From positions 1-43,492 of IMG/VR virus record IMGVR_UViG_3300033487_000326: a stretch of 43,492 nucleotides of DNA; one strand, written 5' to 3'. The position numbers and the translations under genes are program-made. The DNA is from a virus (taxonomy: Duplodnaviria; Caudoviricetes). Of this stretch, positions 9,435-19,504 are shown piece by piece (the first letter of the stretch is position 1; every line of letters starts with the position of its first letter). The notes beneath the pieces were generated by a model. It made no database searches, was not told the DNA's origin, and saw only the letters and a program-made list of their open reading frames with translations.

Positions 9435-10783
9435 TATTCTCTTCCTATAAACTTACATTCTAAGGTGTCCAAATTCATGTCTATACTTATAAGCCTAAAT
9501 TCTTCTGAATTTAATTTCAAGCCATCTCCAGGAGAAGAGTCCCAAATCATCGCATCATCATGTTGAGCTGCTGTAGTGCTGTCTTCCCAGTTGTACACAT
9601 CCCAAACTCCGTTCTGAGTAGGAAGGGTTGGGTCGTAAGTTATTAAAACTCTGTCGAAAATATCAAGGTGAGGGATAAACGAGGTCGAAAACTCAATCTC
9701 TCGTCGAATGGCAGAGAACTCTAGGAATAGACTATCGGCTATGTTTTCCGCAACCGTAGCAGTCGGTATCCAGAAGTTTTCTATAGAAATAGTTCTTTCT
9801 CCAAGCGTCCACGGACTTGAATCAGACCTAACCCTAAAGTCAGACTCTGCAACCTCATAACTTGAGGCTGTGTCAGCATCTACCCATTTTACAGTAACCC
9901 TTGAATAGTACTTATTAAACCTTTTACCAAACCAAGAAACGTTCTTAATAGTGTGTCCATAATAGGATGAAAACCCACCCACTCCTATGAAGTGATATAC
10001 CGTAGCCGTATCTAAGGTTCTTGGGACAAACCTAAATGTCCCCTCCCTTGTCGCATAAGGGACATAGTTCTCAGCCTCTGCTAGCTTTTCAAGAACGTTC
10101 CAAACTGTAGCCTCAATAATATCTTGAGCCGTTGACGTGTTTAAATTTGTATATTGAACAGTAGTCGATTGTATATCAAAACCAGTCGATGTATCTCCGA
10201 AGAATGGTCTAAAAATATAATCACCATCACCGTCTTGTTGGTCTCTTAACATCTCTACAAAATCACTCGCTGTTAGTGAGCTATTCCATCCAGTTAATCT
10301 TCTGGCGGAAAATTGGCGGAAACACTCAGTTAAAGGAACAACGGGAATAGCTATTTCGTTGTTACCCTTAATATTTATGTCTCCAGAAATAAATCCATTA
10401 TAGACAATATTCTCTGATGGATATTCAGTGACAGACCAAATGCCATTTGTTTTTGTTTCGTATAAAAAACCAGCCTCTATCTTTACAAGGGTTCTTTGTT
10501 GATCTGAATAATTAAACCAAAGAGAGTTTTCGTCATTGTAGTCGTTATATTTTCCAGACGAATTGTCCATTGTTAGAGTAATGTTGGAAAACTTAAATTG
10601 ATTGATCTTATTAGAATCTACTGATTTTTTAATTGTTCCCCATTTAACTACATCATCGGTTAACTCGACCCACGCGTCTTCATATTGACCAGTTCCAGGC
10701 TCACGGCGCTTTATATAAAGCCTTCTATAGACCTTAGATCTAGGGTTTTTAATTTGTCCAACAAGGGAATTAAGTCCGCTCAT
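9434..10783 (-). CDS. Tail tip / baseplate hub protein
   Basis: Second gene after the tape measure; WNVLEKLAEA...EGTFRFVPR and PHLDIFDRV hub-like motifs. Confidence 0.65.
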   Translation of the reverse strand: MSGLNSLVGQIKNPRSKVYRRLYIKRREPGTGQYEDAWVELTDDVVKWGTIKKSVDSNKINQFKFSNITLTMDNSSGKYNDYNDENSLWFNYSDQQRTLVKIEAGFLYETKTNGIWSVTEYPSENIVYNGFISGDINIKGNNEIAIPVVPLTECFRQFSARRLTGWNSSLTASDFVEMLRDQQDGDGDYIFRPFFGDTSTGFDIQSTTVQYTNLNTSTAQDIIEATVWNVLEKLAEAENYVPYATREGTFRFVPRTLDTATVYHFIGVGGFSSYYGHTIKNVSWFGKRFNKYYSRVTVKWVDADTASSYEVAESDFRVRSDSSPWTLGERTISIENFWIPTATVAENIADSLFLEFSAIRREIEFSTSFIPHLDIFDRVLITYDPTLPTQNGVWDVYNWEDSTTAAQHDDAMIWDSSPGDGLKLNSEEFRLISIDMNLDTLECKFIGRE

Positions 10784-11544
10784 GTTTCCTTCAAATCAAT
10801 TGATCCAGTAAATCCTGCATTAGTTGCATCATCCGCATACTTATAGAAATCAAAGTTACCCATCCAGTTGGCTTCAAATAATATTCCATCCCAAGCTGTT
10901 CCGGTTCCGAATGGAACAAAGACTTTAGGAGTAAATTCATTATAGATTTCCAATAGAGAATCTTTAAACGTCTCAGTAATATATTTTAGCTTTACTTTTA
11001 CCGACCATTTCGCTTGAACAGTCTGCCGTCTAGTTCCACCATCAGACAAGTTATGAATTAATTCTTTTGGGTCTATTATTGGAGTATAGCCGCCAGAATT
11101 CGGTATCTTGGCGAATGTTAATTCATTTGCACCGACATAGAAATAACCAACTGCTTTTTCAGAGTTTGCAGTCATGGTTGTTTTAATATCGAATGTTACA
11201 GATGTTACGTCTACTGGAGTACAGGCAAGATATAAATTAGTTGCAGAGTTATTTGTAAATTGAGATGTCGTTGTTGGACTAGTTAGCGTAAAGGCATTTG
11301 CCGTAACACCGTTATAGAATAGATTAAACTGCTTAGCATTGGTCTCCATTATAGCAATTCGATCTACTGTTTGAGTAGAATCAAAAGTAACTCTAATGGT
11401 TGTAGTAGTTAGATCTGAATTATCTCCACTAGATACATATTGTCTTCTTACATCAGGATTCATTATAGAGTCTGATGTAATTGTATTCGTGCTAACAAAT
11501 AATTGAGTTGTTGTTTGAAGTAATGTTTGACTTAAAAATTCCAT
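10780..11544 (-). CDS. Distal-tail-like protein
   Basis: Directly follows the tape measure; beta-rich; C-terminal GSIDLKET. Confidence 0.55.
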   Translation of the reverse strand: MEFLSQTLLQTTTQLFVSTNTITSDSIMNPDVRRQYVSSGDNSDLTTTTIRVTFDSTQTVDRIAIMETNAKQFNLFYNGVTANAFTLTSPTTTSQFTNNSATNLYLACTPVDVTSVTFDIKTTMTANSEKAVGYFYVGANELTFAKIPNSGGYTPIIDPKELIHNLSDGGTRRQTVQAKWSVKVKLKYITETFKDSLLEIYNEFTPKVFVPFGTGTAWDGILFEANWMGNFDFYKYADDATNAGFTGSIDLKET

Positions 11545-13190
11545 TAAACCACATCCGTTTCAAAGGCTACAGATTGATTAGATTGCCTTAATTTTAAAAG
11601 TTCTCTGTCCAAAACCCTAGCGAACTGTTCAGCCTGGCTTTGATCCCCCATAATTGGTCCATTAAAGTTAATAGTTACTCCGCCTCCACCCATGCCAAAC
11701 TCACCAGCCCGATCAAGAGGAATGACGGCTTCTGGTTGTCCGCCTTCACCGATAGTAGCTTGAGTTCCGCCAGGCGTTGGCATTACGATACCCCCTTCTG
11801 CAAGTTGAACACCAGCAACTCTTGCGGCCTGAGAAGCCCCAGCAGCAATGGCTAAAGCAGCAAAGGCCGCACCAACATATGGACCACCTATTTCTGAACC
11901 AAATCTAAAACTACTCGCCGCAGATTGATAAGTATTAATCCAAATTTGAGCAATAGCAGCGGCTTTACCAGCGGCGGCCATTGCTTTATTGTGTGAGTTT
12001 TGTAATGTGGAAACACTAGACAAGAAAGTTTCTCGATCCTTTAGAGTCTGTTTGTTTTTTTCTTCTTCAGACTTAAGCTCTTCTTTATCAGCAACTTTTT
12101 TTCTCATTGCCTCTTTAGCTCTTATGGCATTTAGTCGTTCCATATACGAAGCATTAGAAGCAATAATTTTATCGTAAGTCGCTTGCTTGGCTGCTAATTC
12201 AGCATCACCCTTAATTTGTTCGTCAATAGCTAATTGAAGTACTTCCGCTTCTGTTTGCGCTGCTCTTTGAGCCTGCTCTTGTGCAAATTTATCTTGTTTT
12301 ATTAGTAATGATTGTTCTGCCGACGCTCTCTCTTTTTGGACAATAGCATCTCTGAAGGCAATGGTTTCATCTAGTTCTTTCTGAAGTTGAGCGACGGCTT
12401 CGCCTCCAACTCTTGCTCTCTCAAGGGCCATAATTTGCTTGGCAATTCCAGCGATCTTTTTATCAACATCAGCCAACTTTGCAGTATCTAAATTTGGTCC
12501 AGCAAGTGCTGTAAAAAAATTAAGAACAGACGTTGTCATTCTTGCCAATGAGGATATAAATGGAGCTGATAATCTTCCAATAGTCTCCATAAAGTCGGAC
12601 CAGGCATTACTTAACTGTTTCGTAGCTCCAAGTCCCTGTGCTGCAGTTTCCGCTTGGCCTTTATATTTACTATCAATTCCAGATATTACTTGTGCTAATC
12701 GCTCACCTTCGGTAGCCGTTTTTGAAATCTCAATACCTTGTCTTGCAAGAGCATTTGTTTCTGTCCCTATAGTTTTACCAACTAGTTCGGCAGCAGAGGC
12801 TAAATCCATTCCCTTTGCTGCTGCTAAATCTAATGTTGATTTAACAAGGGCATCGGAAACCTTTTGATTTTTTGAATAGGCCTGAAGAATTGCCGTAGCA
12901 TTAACAATCTCTTCATCTCCAAATGTTGTTACTTTTTGTAGGGCAGAGGCTAAATTTATATATTCATTTTTAAGATCTTGAGTGAAAACACCAGCATTTA
13001 CCATAGATGTGGTAAGCTTGTTAATAGCTGCTTCTTCTTCTCTAAATGCTTCTATAGCCTCGCCTACGAAATCGGCGACTGTTTTAAAGGCACTTACAAC
13101 ATCACCAGCCGTAATTACTAATCTATCTAGTATCTCTGTTCCGGCCTGCTTTATTTTAATTAATAATGTGGCTTCATTATTTGCCATCAT
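11544..13190 (-). CDS. Tail tape measure protein
   Basis: Ala-rich helical 548 aa after the chaperones; C-terminal LAEGGIV...IGEGGQPEAVIPL. Confidence 0.85.
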   Translation of the reverse strand: MMANNEATLLIKIKQAGTEILDRLVITAGDVVSAFKTVADFVGEAIEAFREEEAAINKLTTSMVNAGVFTQDLKNEYINLASALQKVTTFGDEEIVNATAILQAYSKNQKVSDALVKSTLDLAAAKGMDLASAAELVGKTIGTETNALARQGIEISKTATEGERLAQVISGIDSKYKGQAETAAQGLGATKQLSNAWSDFMETIGRLSAPFISSLARMTTSVLNFFTALAGPNLDTAKLADVDKKIAGIAKQIMALERARVGGEAVAQLQKELDETIAFRDAIVQKERASAEQSLLIKQDKFAQEQAQRAAQTEAEVLQLAIDEQIKGDAELAAKQATYDKIIASNASYMERLNAIRAKEAMRKKVADKEELKSEEEKNKQTLKDRETFLSSVSTLQNSHNKAMAAAGKAAAIAQIWINTYQSAASSFRFGSEIGGPYVGAAFAALAIAAGASQAARVAGVQLAEGGIVMPTPGGTQATIGEGGQPEAVIPLDRAGEFGMGGGGVTINFNGPIMGDQSQAEQFARVLDRELLKLRQSNQSVAFETDVV

Positions 13191-13392
13191 CGGCTCCTTT
13201 TGGCGCTTTTAGATGCTCGTTCTTGAGCCTTAATCTCAGCCTCGTTACCTATCGTAGCTACTAATATATTAAACTGTAAATCATCAATTGTACCATTAAG
13301 AATGACACTTGGGAGAACACCATATCTTTTAGAGACTATATCAATGTCTAGTATTTTATCTTTAGCGAAGTACTTTATGTCGTTTTTTTTTT
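13187..13392 (-). CDS. Tail assembly chaperone frameshift extension (gpGT-like)
   Basis: The -1 frame after the A10 run (13383-13392) reads KNDIKYFAKDKILDIDIVSKRYGVLPSVILNG...SAKRSR*; its stop overlaps the tape measure ATG. Confidence 0.8.
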
Positions 13393-13749
13393 ACCGTAAG
13401 TGTATTCCATAACTTTAGCGTAAAGCTCATGGGCCAATTCCCACTCAGTAAAAATGTTATCCACTAAAAGACCATCTGATTCCTTGTCGTTTCTCTTTAG
13501 TTTCGGATGAACTATGGCTGACATGAAAACATCTCTATAGTGTTCTTTAACCTTTTCTAAGGTCTTTTGAGTCACATCAGGAGGAGATGGATTTCCTACT
13601 TTATAGACATCATAGAGTTGAAGCATAACCTTAGACCCTTCTAAGAAACTAGATGGGTCTATTTTTTTAATCTTAAACTTAACTCCACAAACTCGAATCG
13701 ACTTTGTTTTATTTAAAACCGATTCTAAATCATTTGAAAATGGCCACAT
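13375..13749 (-). CDS. Tail assembly chaperone (gpG-like)
   Basis: Between tail tube and tape measure. Start reassigned to ATG 13749, just after the tube stop. Ends GKKKTT at the slippery site. Confidence 0.75.
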   Translation of the reverse strand: MWPFSNDLESVLNKTKSIRVCGVKFKIKKIDPSSFLEGSKVMLQLYDVYKVGNPSPPDVTQKTLEKVKEHYRDVFMSAIVHPKLKRNDKESDGLLVDNIFTEWELAHELYAKVMEYTYGKKKTT

Positions 13750-13750
13750 C

Positions 13751-14800
13751 TTAGTTATAGCTCGTAGTTTTATTTTTAGTTCTAATTTTGGCAGCATATC
13801 CACCAGAAGTAGGATCTCGCAATACGATACAAGATACTTCTGATTTCAATATCTCATCTGGACCACCAATTTCAGGATCGCCAGCGTCGTTAATCAAGAT
13901 ATATGGCATATCAATAGCGATCTCTCTTCGAACTGTAGATCCTGAATATGTAGCCCCTTGGAATGACAGTTGAGCGGCCAAACGGGTCTGGTTGAGCATC
14001 GCAGAATAAGCTGTCAATGTGTCAAATCTCATAGAGAAATCAAATGTAAACTGTGCAATGCCTGGAGGAATGACATCTAGAATATCTGATCCAAGTCTAC
14101 GAGAATCGGAATCCGTCTTAAGGTTATTGTTAATTCCAAACTCAAAAGATTGAACATGCCAGAAGGCAGAGGCTGTCAATGAAGCAAAAGTTGAGTCAAT
14201 GCTCAATCTCATTCCTTCGAAAGAAAGAGGAGTTTGTACAACAGCAGGGAAGAGTGCAGATACGTCGGTGACAGATGTTGTAGAGTCAACGCCAACAAGA
14301 GAAGCAGCAACCATAAGTGCTTCGTCTATCTCTCCTGAAAAGCTAATCTCTCCGACTCGAACTCCGTTATAACCAAAAGTTTTTCCGTTTGTAGAATCAC
14401 CTTTTCGAGCCGTAATACAAAGAGAAGAATAAGTTGTGTCAAAGTTATTTACTGAGAATGTGTGCTCTAAAACTCCGGCTCCAGTAGTGTCACCGGTTGC
14501 TGTTGCGGTACTTACCGTTCCACCGCCCATTGCATTATGAATTATATATTGGCAGGCGTCATTGTCGGCTGCTGCGTAGAATTCCATTTCTCCTTCAAGG
14601 ACCTTACTTAGACCAATTGCATCTTGGTAGGTTCTAGAAGTAGTAATTTGCTCGATTACTTTAGTTTCCTTAAGGGTCTTCATTGAGAAAGATAAAAAGT
14701 CAATACCAGCAGTTGCCGTGTTAAACGTTTTAAAAGTGGTTTCCCTACCAAGTGCAACGTATGAAAATAAACCTACGTTTGCGTTTTGTCCTACTGCCAT
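13751..14800 (-). CDS. Major tail tube protein
   Basis: YVALGRETTF N-terminus, beta-rich, positioned before the chaperones. Confidence 0.8.
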   Translation of the reverse strand: MAVGQNANVGLFSYVALGRETTFKTFNTATAGIDFLSFSMKTLKETKVIEQITTSRTYQDAIGLSKVLEGEMEFYAAADNDACQYIIHNAMGGGTVSTATATGDTTGAGVLEHTFSVNNFDTTYSSLCITARKGDSTNGKTFGYNGVRVGEISFSGEIDEALMVAASLVGVDSTTSVTDVSALFPAVVQTPLSFEGMRLSIDSTFASLTASAFWHVQSFEFGINNNLKTDSDSRRLGSDILDVIPPGIAQFTFDFSMRFDTLTAYSAMLNQTRLAAQLSFQGATYSGSTVRREIAIDMPYILINDAGDPEIGGPDEILKSEVSCIVLRDPTSGGYAAKIRTKNKTTSYN

Positions 14801-14808
14801 GTTACCCC

Positions 14809-15795
14809 CTAAAGAGTTGCAATATTAGCCAACCAGTGATCCTTGGCTATAGCATTTAATTCATTATTCAACTTTTTCAATTCTAACTCAATTTCATTTT
14901 TACGTATTACATTATCCCTAACTATTTTGGCGTCGCTAGTCTTATGTCTATGTTTCATGTTGCTTTCTAAAGAGCGAATTCCACCAAAAGGATTAATCGT
15001 ATCTCGACTGCATTGAGCTACTGGAACATTAAAAGCCTGGATATACATATTTAGCCATGAGGCTGAATTAGATAGATTGTTAGAGCTGTAAATCATGTTA
15101 CTGCTATTACTAAGACCATAAATATGCCTCATGTAATAGTACTTCCCGCCAGCCTCTTGATCAAACGCATAGTATTTACCACCCAATTTCCATGAATAAT
15201 CAAAGCCAATAAGAATGAGCTTATCGTATCCAAATAGGTTTTGTTTTAGGGTATTCTCAGATTGAACCATAAGAACAACCATCATGTTGGAAACATTGGT
15301 TCCGGCAGTAACGGCATTCACACATCCAGATAGAGCCATGAATTCTTTTTCGTATTCCATGACATCTTTATTTACATAAAGATATACATCCTTCCAGTTT
15401 CCGCCTTCAGTCCACTTAGTATTCCCACAGACATTATTAAACAAGATAGTGTCTTGAAGCTTGTCCTTCCAAGGTTGCACATACTTTTCATATGAAACGT
15501 TAGCATCGCACACAACACAAATATATGGAGTTATCCCATGGTCCAGTAGATGGCCCAGCGTCTTATCACAACAAATGACATCAACATTATCTTTGTATTT
15601 TTTAATGGTCTCTAGATTCTCTTCAAATGAATACCCATTAGCTACTAAAAGAGCTGCTTTTCCTATACCTGTACTTCTAAAATCTTCGAACGATTTTGAT
15701 TGAAACTTTTTATGATAAGAAGCGTTTGCTCTCCACTGTTTACACCACTGAGCATAAGCCTGCTTTGAATGCTTAATAATATCGTCTTTATTCAT
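14809..15795 (-). CDS. Maf-like (MAF_flag10/DUF115, MptE-like) glycosyltransferase
   Basis: KAALLVANGYSFEEN...VICCDKTLGHLLDHGITPYICVVCD and GTNVSN...GYDKLILIGFDYSW match the Maf/DUF115 pattern (IVGAGPSL...AAD...GIKPD; GGSV...IILVGQD). Confidence 0.78.
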   Translation of the reverse strand: MNKDDIIKHSKQAYAQWCKQWRANASYHKKFQSKSFEDFRSTGIGKAALLVANGYSFEENLETIKKYKDNVDVICCDKTLGHLLDHGITPYICVVCDANVSYEKYVQPWKDKLQDTILFNNVCGNTKWTEGGNWKDVYLYVNKDVMEYEKEFMALSGCVNAVTAGTNVSNMMVVLMVQSENTLKQNLFGYDKLILIGFDYSWKLGGKYYAFDQEAGGKYYYMRHIYGLSNSSNMIYSSNNLSNSASWLNMYIQAFNVPVAQCSRDTINPFGGIRSLESNMKHRHKTSDAKIVRDNVIRKNEIELELKKLNNELNAIAKDHWLANIATL

Positions 15796-15805
15796 TGTTG
15801 TTTCC

Positions 15806-16309
15806 TTAGTAAAAAATACTTGCCTTTAAAGACATCAAACCAACTCGCATGTGGGTCTCTTCCCCATTTTGGAAATTATGGTATGTAACATCTGTTGGGT
15901 AATGCCATGTTACCGTGCTGTTTAAAGTATCATACGACCTTAAAACAGCCTCCACATTTTCCATTAAAATCTCACATTCTTCATCTGCAGAATCTTCCCT
16001 AAAATCTGATGTTAGGTCACTATAAATAAACCCAGCAATATTAAAAGTTATCTCACACTTTCTTTTGGCACTTGCCTGGTTAACCGCAACGCCAGTTAAT
16101 TCTATGGACTTATCAGCAATAAATACGGTTAGACATGGATATAAATTTACGTCTAATTTTAGCTTCTCGGGGTTTACCTTCATTATATTTTGAACCCTTG
16201 AGGTCATCCCTAGAGATAGGTCTATGGGAGATCCCGTGGTGGTATTTGCACCATCAAGAATGCTACGTATTTGCTCTTTAATATTTCCAATATCTATAGG
16301 ACTTGCCAC
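15806..16309 (-). CDS. Tail terminator/completion protein
   Basis: Position and size; YPCLTV motif. Confidence 0.6.
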   Translation of the reverse strand: MASPIDIGNIKEQIRSILDGANTTTGSPIDLSLGMTSRVQNIMKVNPEKLKLDVNLYPCLTVFIADKSIELTGVAVNQASAKRKCEITFNIAGFIYSDLTSDFREDSADEECEILMENVEAVLRSYDTLNSTVTWHYPTDVTYHNFQNGEETHMRVGLMSLKASIFY

Positions 16310-16310
16310 A

Positions 16311-16760
16311 TTACTCCAATAGCCATTTTTCTGTTGTTGAAACTAGCCTTTTCATGCCTTCTTTAGATAACCACATAAAAGGACGAGCTGGAATATTTTT
16401 ATACCCATATTGATGAGTCGCCCCATATACGACATTGGTAAATAATAAAACCCCAACGTTATTGGTCTTAACTTTGCCTTTTCCTGGAGTCAGAGAATTT
16501 CTAAGTCGTCCTGAGTCTTGAAGGATTTTATTTCCACCCTTACCGATTCTTGCCATGTGGGCTGAATATATGGCAGACCAACTCTTCCATTTACCCTGCG
16601 GCCCCTCTTCGTTTTCAAAGTGATCTATGATGTCTCCAAAGCCAATTACTGACACTAGGTCGGCAAATGACTTTCTTTGCTCTATATCTTTCCATTTTTT
16701 GTTTATTTTCTTAAGGAATGATTGCCACTGGCTGTCTTCGAATTGAAACTCAGCAGACAT
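16311..16760 (-). CDS. Virion morphogenesis protein (Mu gpG / P2 gpS-like)
   Basis: ILQDSGRLRNS, YGATHQYG, IPARPFM. Confidence 0.85.
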   Translation of the reverse strand: MSAEFQFEDSQWQSFLKKINKKWKDIEQRKSFADLVSVIGFGDIIDHFENEEGPQGKWKSWSAIYSAHMARIGKGGNKILQDSGRLRNSLTPGKGKVKTNNVGVLLFTNVVYGATHQYGYKNIPARPFMWLSKEGMKRLVSTTEKWLLE

Positions 16761-16762
16761 GG

Positions 16763-17248
16763 TTAGTCTCTCTCGTCAGAAATAGCTTCCAGTTTATCGC
16801 TTGAGACATCCCAATTTTCAGGATCGTCTTCGTTAAATGTATTTGGATATTGCTCTGTGGTAAATACTTGCCATTCTCCATCTTCTAGTTCGTCAACAGG
16901 AATACCGTCTACTCCTATCAACTGCGCAGAACCTTCGTTAAGTTCTGTGAGATTGTCCATAACGCGCTTAATGTATTTGTCAGACCGTACGTATGACTCT
17001 TTACCCCCACGCGCGAGGTTCTCATACATGTAACCAATGGCAAGCGTCTCAGTTAAAGTAACAATCATTGGGGGGTATGTGGTCGTTGTCAAAAACGGAG
17101 CGGCACTAAAGTCGTACCGCTTTGCTAATCTTTTTTTGATTTCATTCTCAGCATCAGTAATGCATAGCGTTGCAAGAGCTGTTGTAGCCGAGTTAAATGT
17201 CGTTCCTACCATCTTAACTTGTAATGTGGTGGTAGTTGCAAACGCCAT
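16763..17248 (-). CDS. Head-tail adaptor (Mu gp36-like)
   Basis: DAENEIKKRLAKRY...P...LAIGYMY pattern and position. Confidence 0.7.
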   Translation of the reverse strand: MAFATTTTLQVKMVGTTFNSATTALATLCITDAENEIKKRLAKRYDFSAAPFLTTTTYPPMIVTLTETLAIGYMYENLARGGKESYVRSDKYIKRVMDNLTELNEGSAQLIGVDGIPVDELEDGEWQVFTTEQYPNTFNEDDPENWDVSSDKLEAISDERD

Positions 17249-17577
17249 TATAACCTTTCTTTAAGTCTGCCTTCTGATCGAAGACGTTTAATCTGGTTAA
17301 TTAATTGGTTACGTCGAGCCTGATACTCCGGAGGAGCATCTCGTCTTTCTTCGATGGTCCCAACATATTCTGAAACGGTTTTCCCAGATTTTTTTTTCTT
17401 AACAAGACAAAGTTTTTTACCAGCTACTAGCTCGTAATACTTGTCTACTACTGGGTTTGAATCTCTATCAGCCGCATGCTGTTTCGCAAGCTCTACTAAA
17501 TGCTCACCAGGTGCGACTTCTTTTTTTGCAGGTCTACCGCGTTTTTTTGGCGGAGTGACTTGATCAGGTGTGTCCAT
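17248..17577 (-). CDS. Basic hypothetical protein with AT-hook-like motif
   Basis: PKKRGRPAKK; SD AAGGAG. Confidence 0.65.
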   Translation of the reverse strand: MDTPDQVTPPKKRGRPAKKEVAPGEHLVELAKQHAADRDSNPVVDKYYELVAGKKLCLVKKKKSGKTVSEYVGTIEERRDAPPEYQARRNQLINQIKRLRSEGRLKERL

Positions 17578-17594
17578 TGTGTCTCCTTAAGGTT

Positions 17595-17625
17595 TATAAA
17601 GCCGGGGAATGCGAACACTCCCCGG
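17595..17625 (-). terminator. Hairpin/terminator after the major capsid gene
   Basis: CCGGGGAGTG-TTCG-CATTCCCCGG followed by CTTTAT. Confidence 0.65.
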
Positions 17626-17640
17626 GTGGTTTTTAGACTA

Positions 17641-18567
17641 TTAAGCAATAACGCCATTCATGAAGTAGCCGGTCAATGAAGCAACAATTTTAAATTGATA
17701 CTCTTGATCGACTTCAACTGCAGTGGCCTCACGCTCTTCATCTCTCCAGCTCTTAACCATTGGCTTCGGACGGGCAAACATATACCCAGAAGACAATTGG
17801 AAGAAACCAGGAGACGGTGCGCGATAACCAACCCATGCAGAGTTTGAACCCCATACGTTAGTTACTGCACCAGATGCAACAGAAGCGCCGTACAAGCTTG
17901 AATCAGAGTGTGTTACACCGATCAAAAACTCATCAATACCCAGAAGTCCTGAGATAATCGCAGGAGTCATTTCGCGAGAAGTATACTTCACGCGATCGGC
18001 AATGGATGAGTTGTTTTTCAATGCAACGTACACGGCCTGAGGAGCAAGTGCGACGTTTGGTTGCTGACCCGAGTTAGCAATGATTACTGATGTTGCAGTA
18101 TCAAAGTCTTTAATTGGAGTCGAAGTTGTAGTTACCCACAATTCGTCACCACCTAAAGAAGCATTAAGAGACCATGAAGAAGTTGTGAGGAAGTTAGCCG
18201 CACAATCTGTCTCCATTTTCATCTTAATCTTTTCTACAAGATCAAGAGTAACATCTGCTTTAAGGTCAGTAATGTCATAGTTTTCAGCAGCAGAGTCGGG
18301 TATATAGCTTTTTAAAGCTTGTTTCCCAAGCGAGTAGCTGGCTGTTCCGATAGAAAACACATGCTCACGGGCTAAACCGCCAATGGCACGAGTAGTTTCT
18401 GGAATGACCCAGTTACGATCATATGTTCTATACAGGTCTGTCTGTTTTTTAACAGGGACCATGGGGAACAATTTGTCGTAAATAAAATTCTTATTTTCAT
18501 ACTTTACAGCTACGTTTGAGAGTAACTGGTCAGTGTGTAACGCTGATCTTAATGGTGTACTTGCCAT
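17641..18567 (-). CDS. Major capsid protein (HK97 fold)
   Basis: DQLLSNVAVKY...IYDKLFPMVPVKK, SGQQPN, SGYMF; follows the protease and decoration genes. Confidence 0.85.
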   Translation of the reverse strand: MASTPLRSALHTDQLLSNVAVKYENKNFIYDKLFPMVPVKKQTDLYRTYDRNWVIPETTRAIGGLAREHVFSIGTASYSLGKQALKSYIPDSAAENYDITDLKADVTLDLVEKIKMKMETDCAANFLTTSSWSLNASLGGDELWVTTTSTPIKDFDTATSVIIANSGQQPNVALAPQAVYVALKNNSSIADRVKYTSREMTPAIISGLLGIDEFLIGVTHSDSSLYGASVASGAVTNVWGSNSAWVGYRAPSPGFFQLSSGYMFARPKPMVKSWRDEEREATAVEVDQEYQFKIVASLTGYFMNGVIA

Positions 18568-18584
18568 ATATGGTTACCCCCTTA

Positions 18585-18962
18585 TTATGGAACGTCGTTC
18601 ATACGACGAGGTTGAACCAAAACTTCTGCTAAAGTTCCGGTAGCCGATACTGTATTTAGACAAACCCCAAGCGTATATACACCAGCAGTAGATTCTACGA
18701 ATGGAATTCCACGACCAGAGGCATCTGTCATTACAAGAACGCCAGCGGCCATAGTGTCGTTACAGTAAACTCTTGCAACACCCGCAACTGCTACAGGCAC
18801 GCCTTGAGCGGCTGCATTAGCATTGTCAGTTGTTACACCTAAAATAATATCAGTAGTAGCGGAACAAGCAGCCACAGTATTTGGTGTGGATGTCTGTCGC
18901 ACGATACGGTATGCAGTGATTGAACTAGCTTGCTTAAAGCTAATAGGTTCATATGCTCCCAT
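18585..18962 (-). CDS. Capsid decoration/cement protein
   Basis: Small Ala/Thr/Val beta protein (ILGVT, GVARV, DASGR) between protease and capsid. Confidence 0.7.
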   Translation of the reverse strand: MGAYEPISFKQASSITAYRIVRQTSTPNTVAACSATTDIILGVTTDNANAAAQGVPVAVAGVARVYCNDTMAAGVLVMTDASGRGIPFVESTAGVYTLGVCLNTVSATGTLAEVLVQPRRMNDVP

Positions 18963-18991
18963 TTTTCCCCCTTAGATTAAAAATTAAATTA

Positions 18992-19504
18992 TTACTTCTT
19001 TTCTTTCATTACGGCTTTATATGCTTGCACGTAACTACATTTATTTTCTTCCATATACTTTTTGATCTTATCATCATCTTCTTCTTTTTCTTTTCCATAA
19101 GCCTTAGAAGACTCTTCGAAATTAACCTTAGAAGCTTCTGATGCAAGTTTAAGCATTTCTTCAACGATTTGCTCTTTTGTCATAGGCTTTTCATCAATGG
19201 AGTAGTCTTTGTGATTTGCAAGCAATGCACTCACATAAGGCTTCATGGATGGGGTCGAGAGCTTTTTTCCCTCTAATTCAGAAATAAATTGATCGCGCTT
19301 TGCCTCTTCAGCCTTCAGTAAGGCTTCCTGCTCACGCTTTTCTGCCTCCAACTTATACTGTTTTAATTGCTCGATTTCTTTTTCAACGGCTGACTTCTCA
19401 TCAGTCAGTTTCTTAAGATCTTCGTCTTTTTGACTAAATTCTTTTTTAACTGTTTCGAGTTCTTGCTCAAGTGCCAATTCTTTTTCTGATTTATCGTCAG
19501 CCAT
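18992..19504 (-). CDS. Probable internally initiated scaffold protein (Mu gpZ-like)
   Basis: In-frame ATG 19504 (MADDKSEKE) is preceded by GGGGGAACAA, the SD type used by other late genes. Confidence 0.65.
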   Translation of the reverse strand: MADDKSEKELALEQELETVKKEFSQKDEDLKKLTDEKSAVEKEIEQLKQYKLEAEKREQEALLKAEEAKRDQFISELEGKKLSTPSMKPYVSALLANHKDYSIDEKPMTKEQIVEEMLKLASEASKVNFEESSKAYGKEKEEDDDKIKKYMEENKCSYVQAYKAVMKEKK

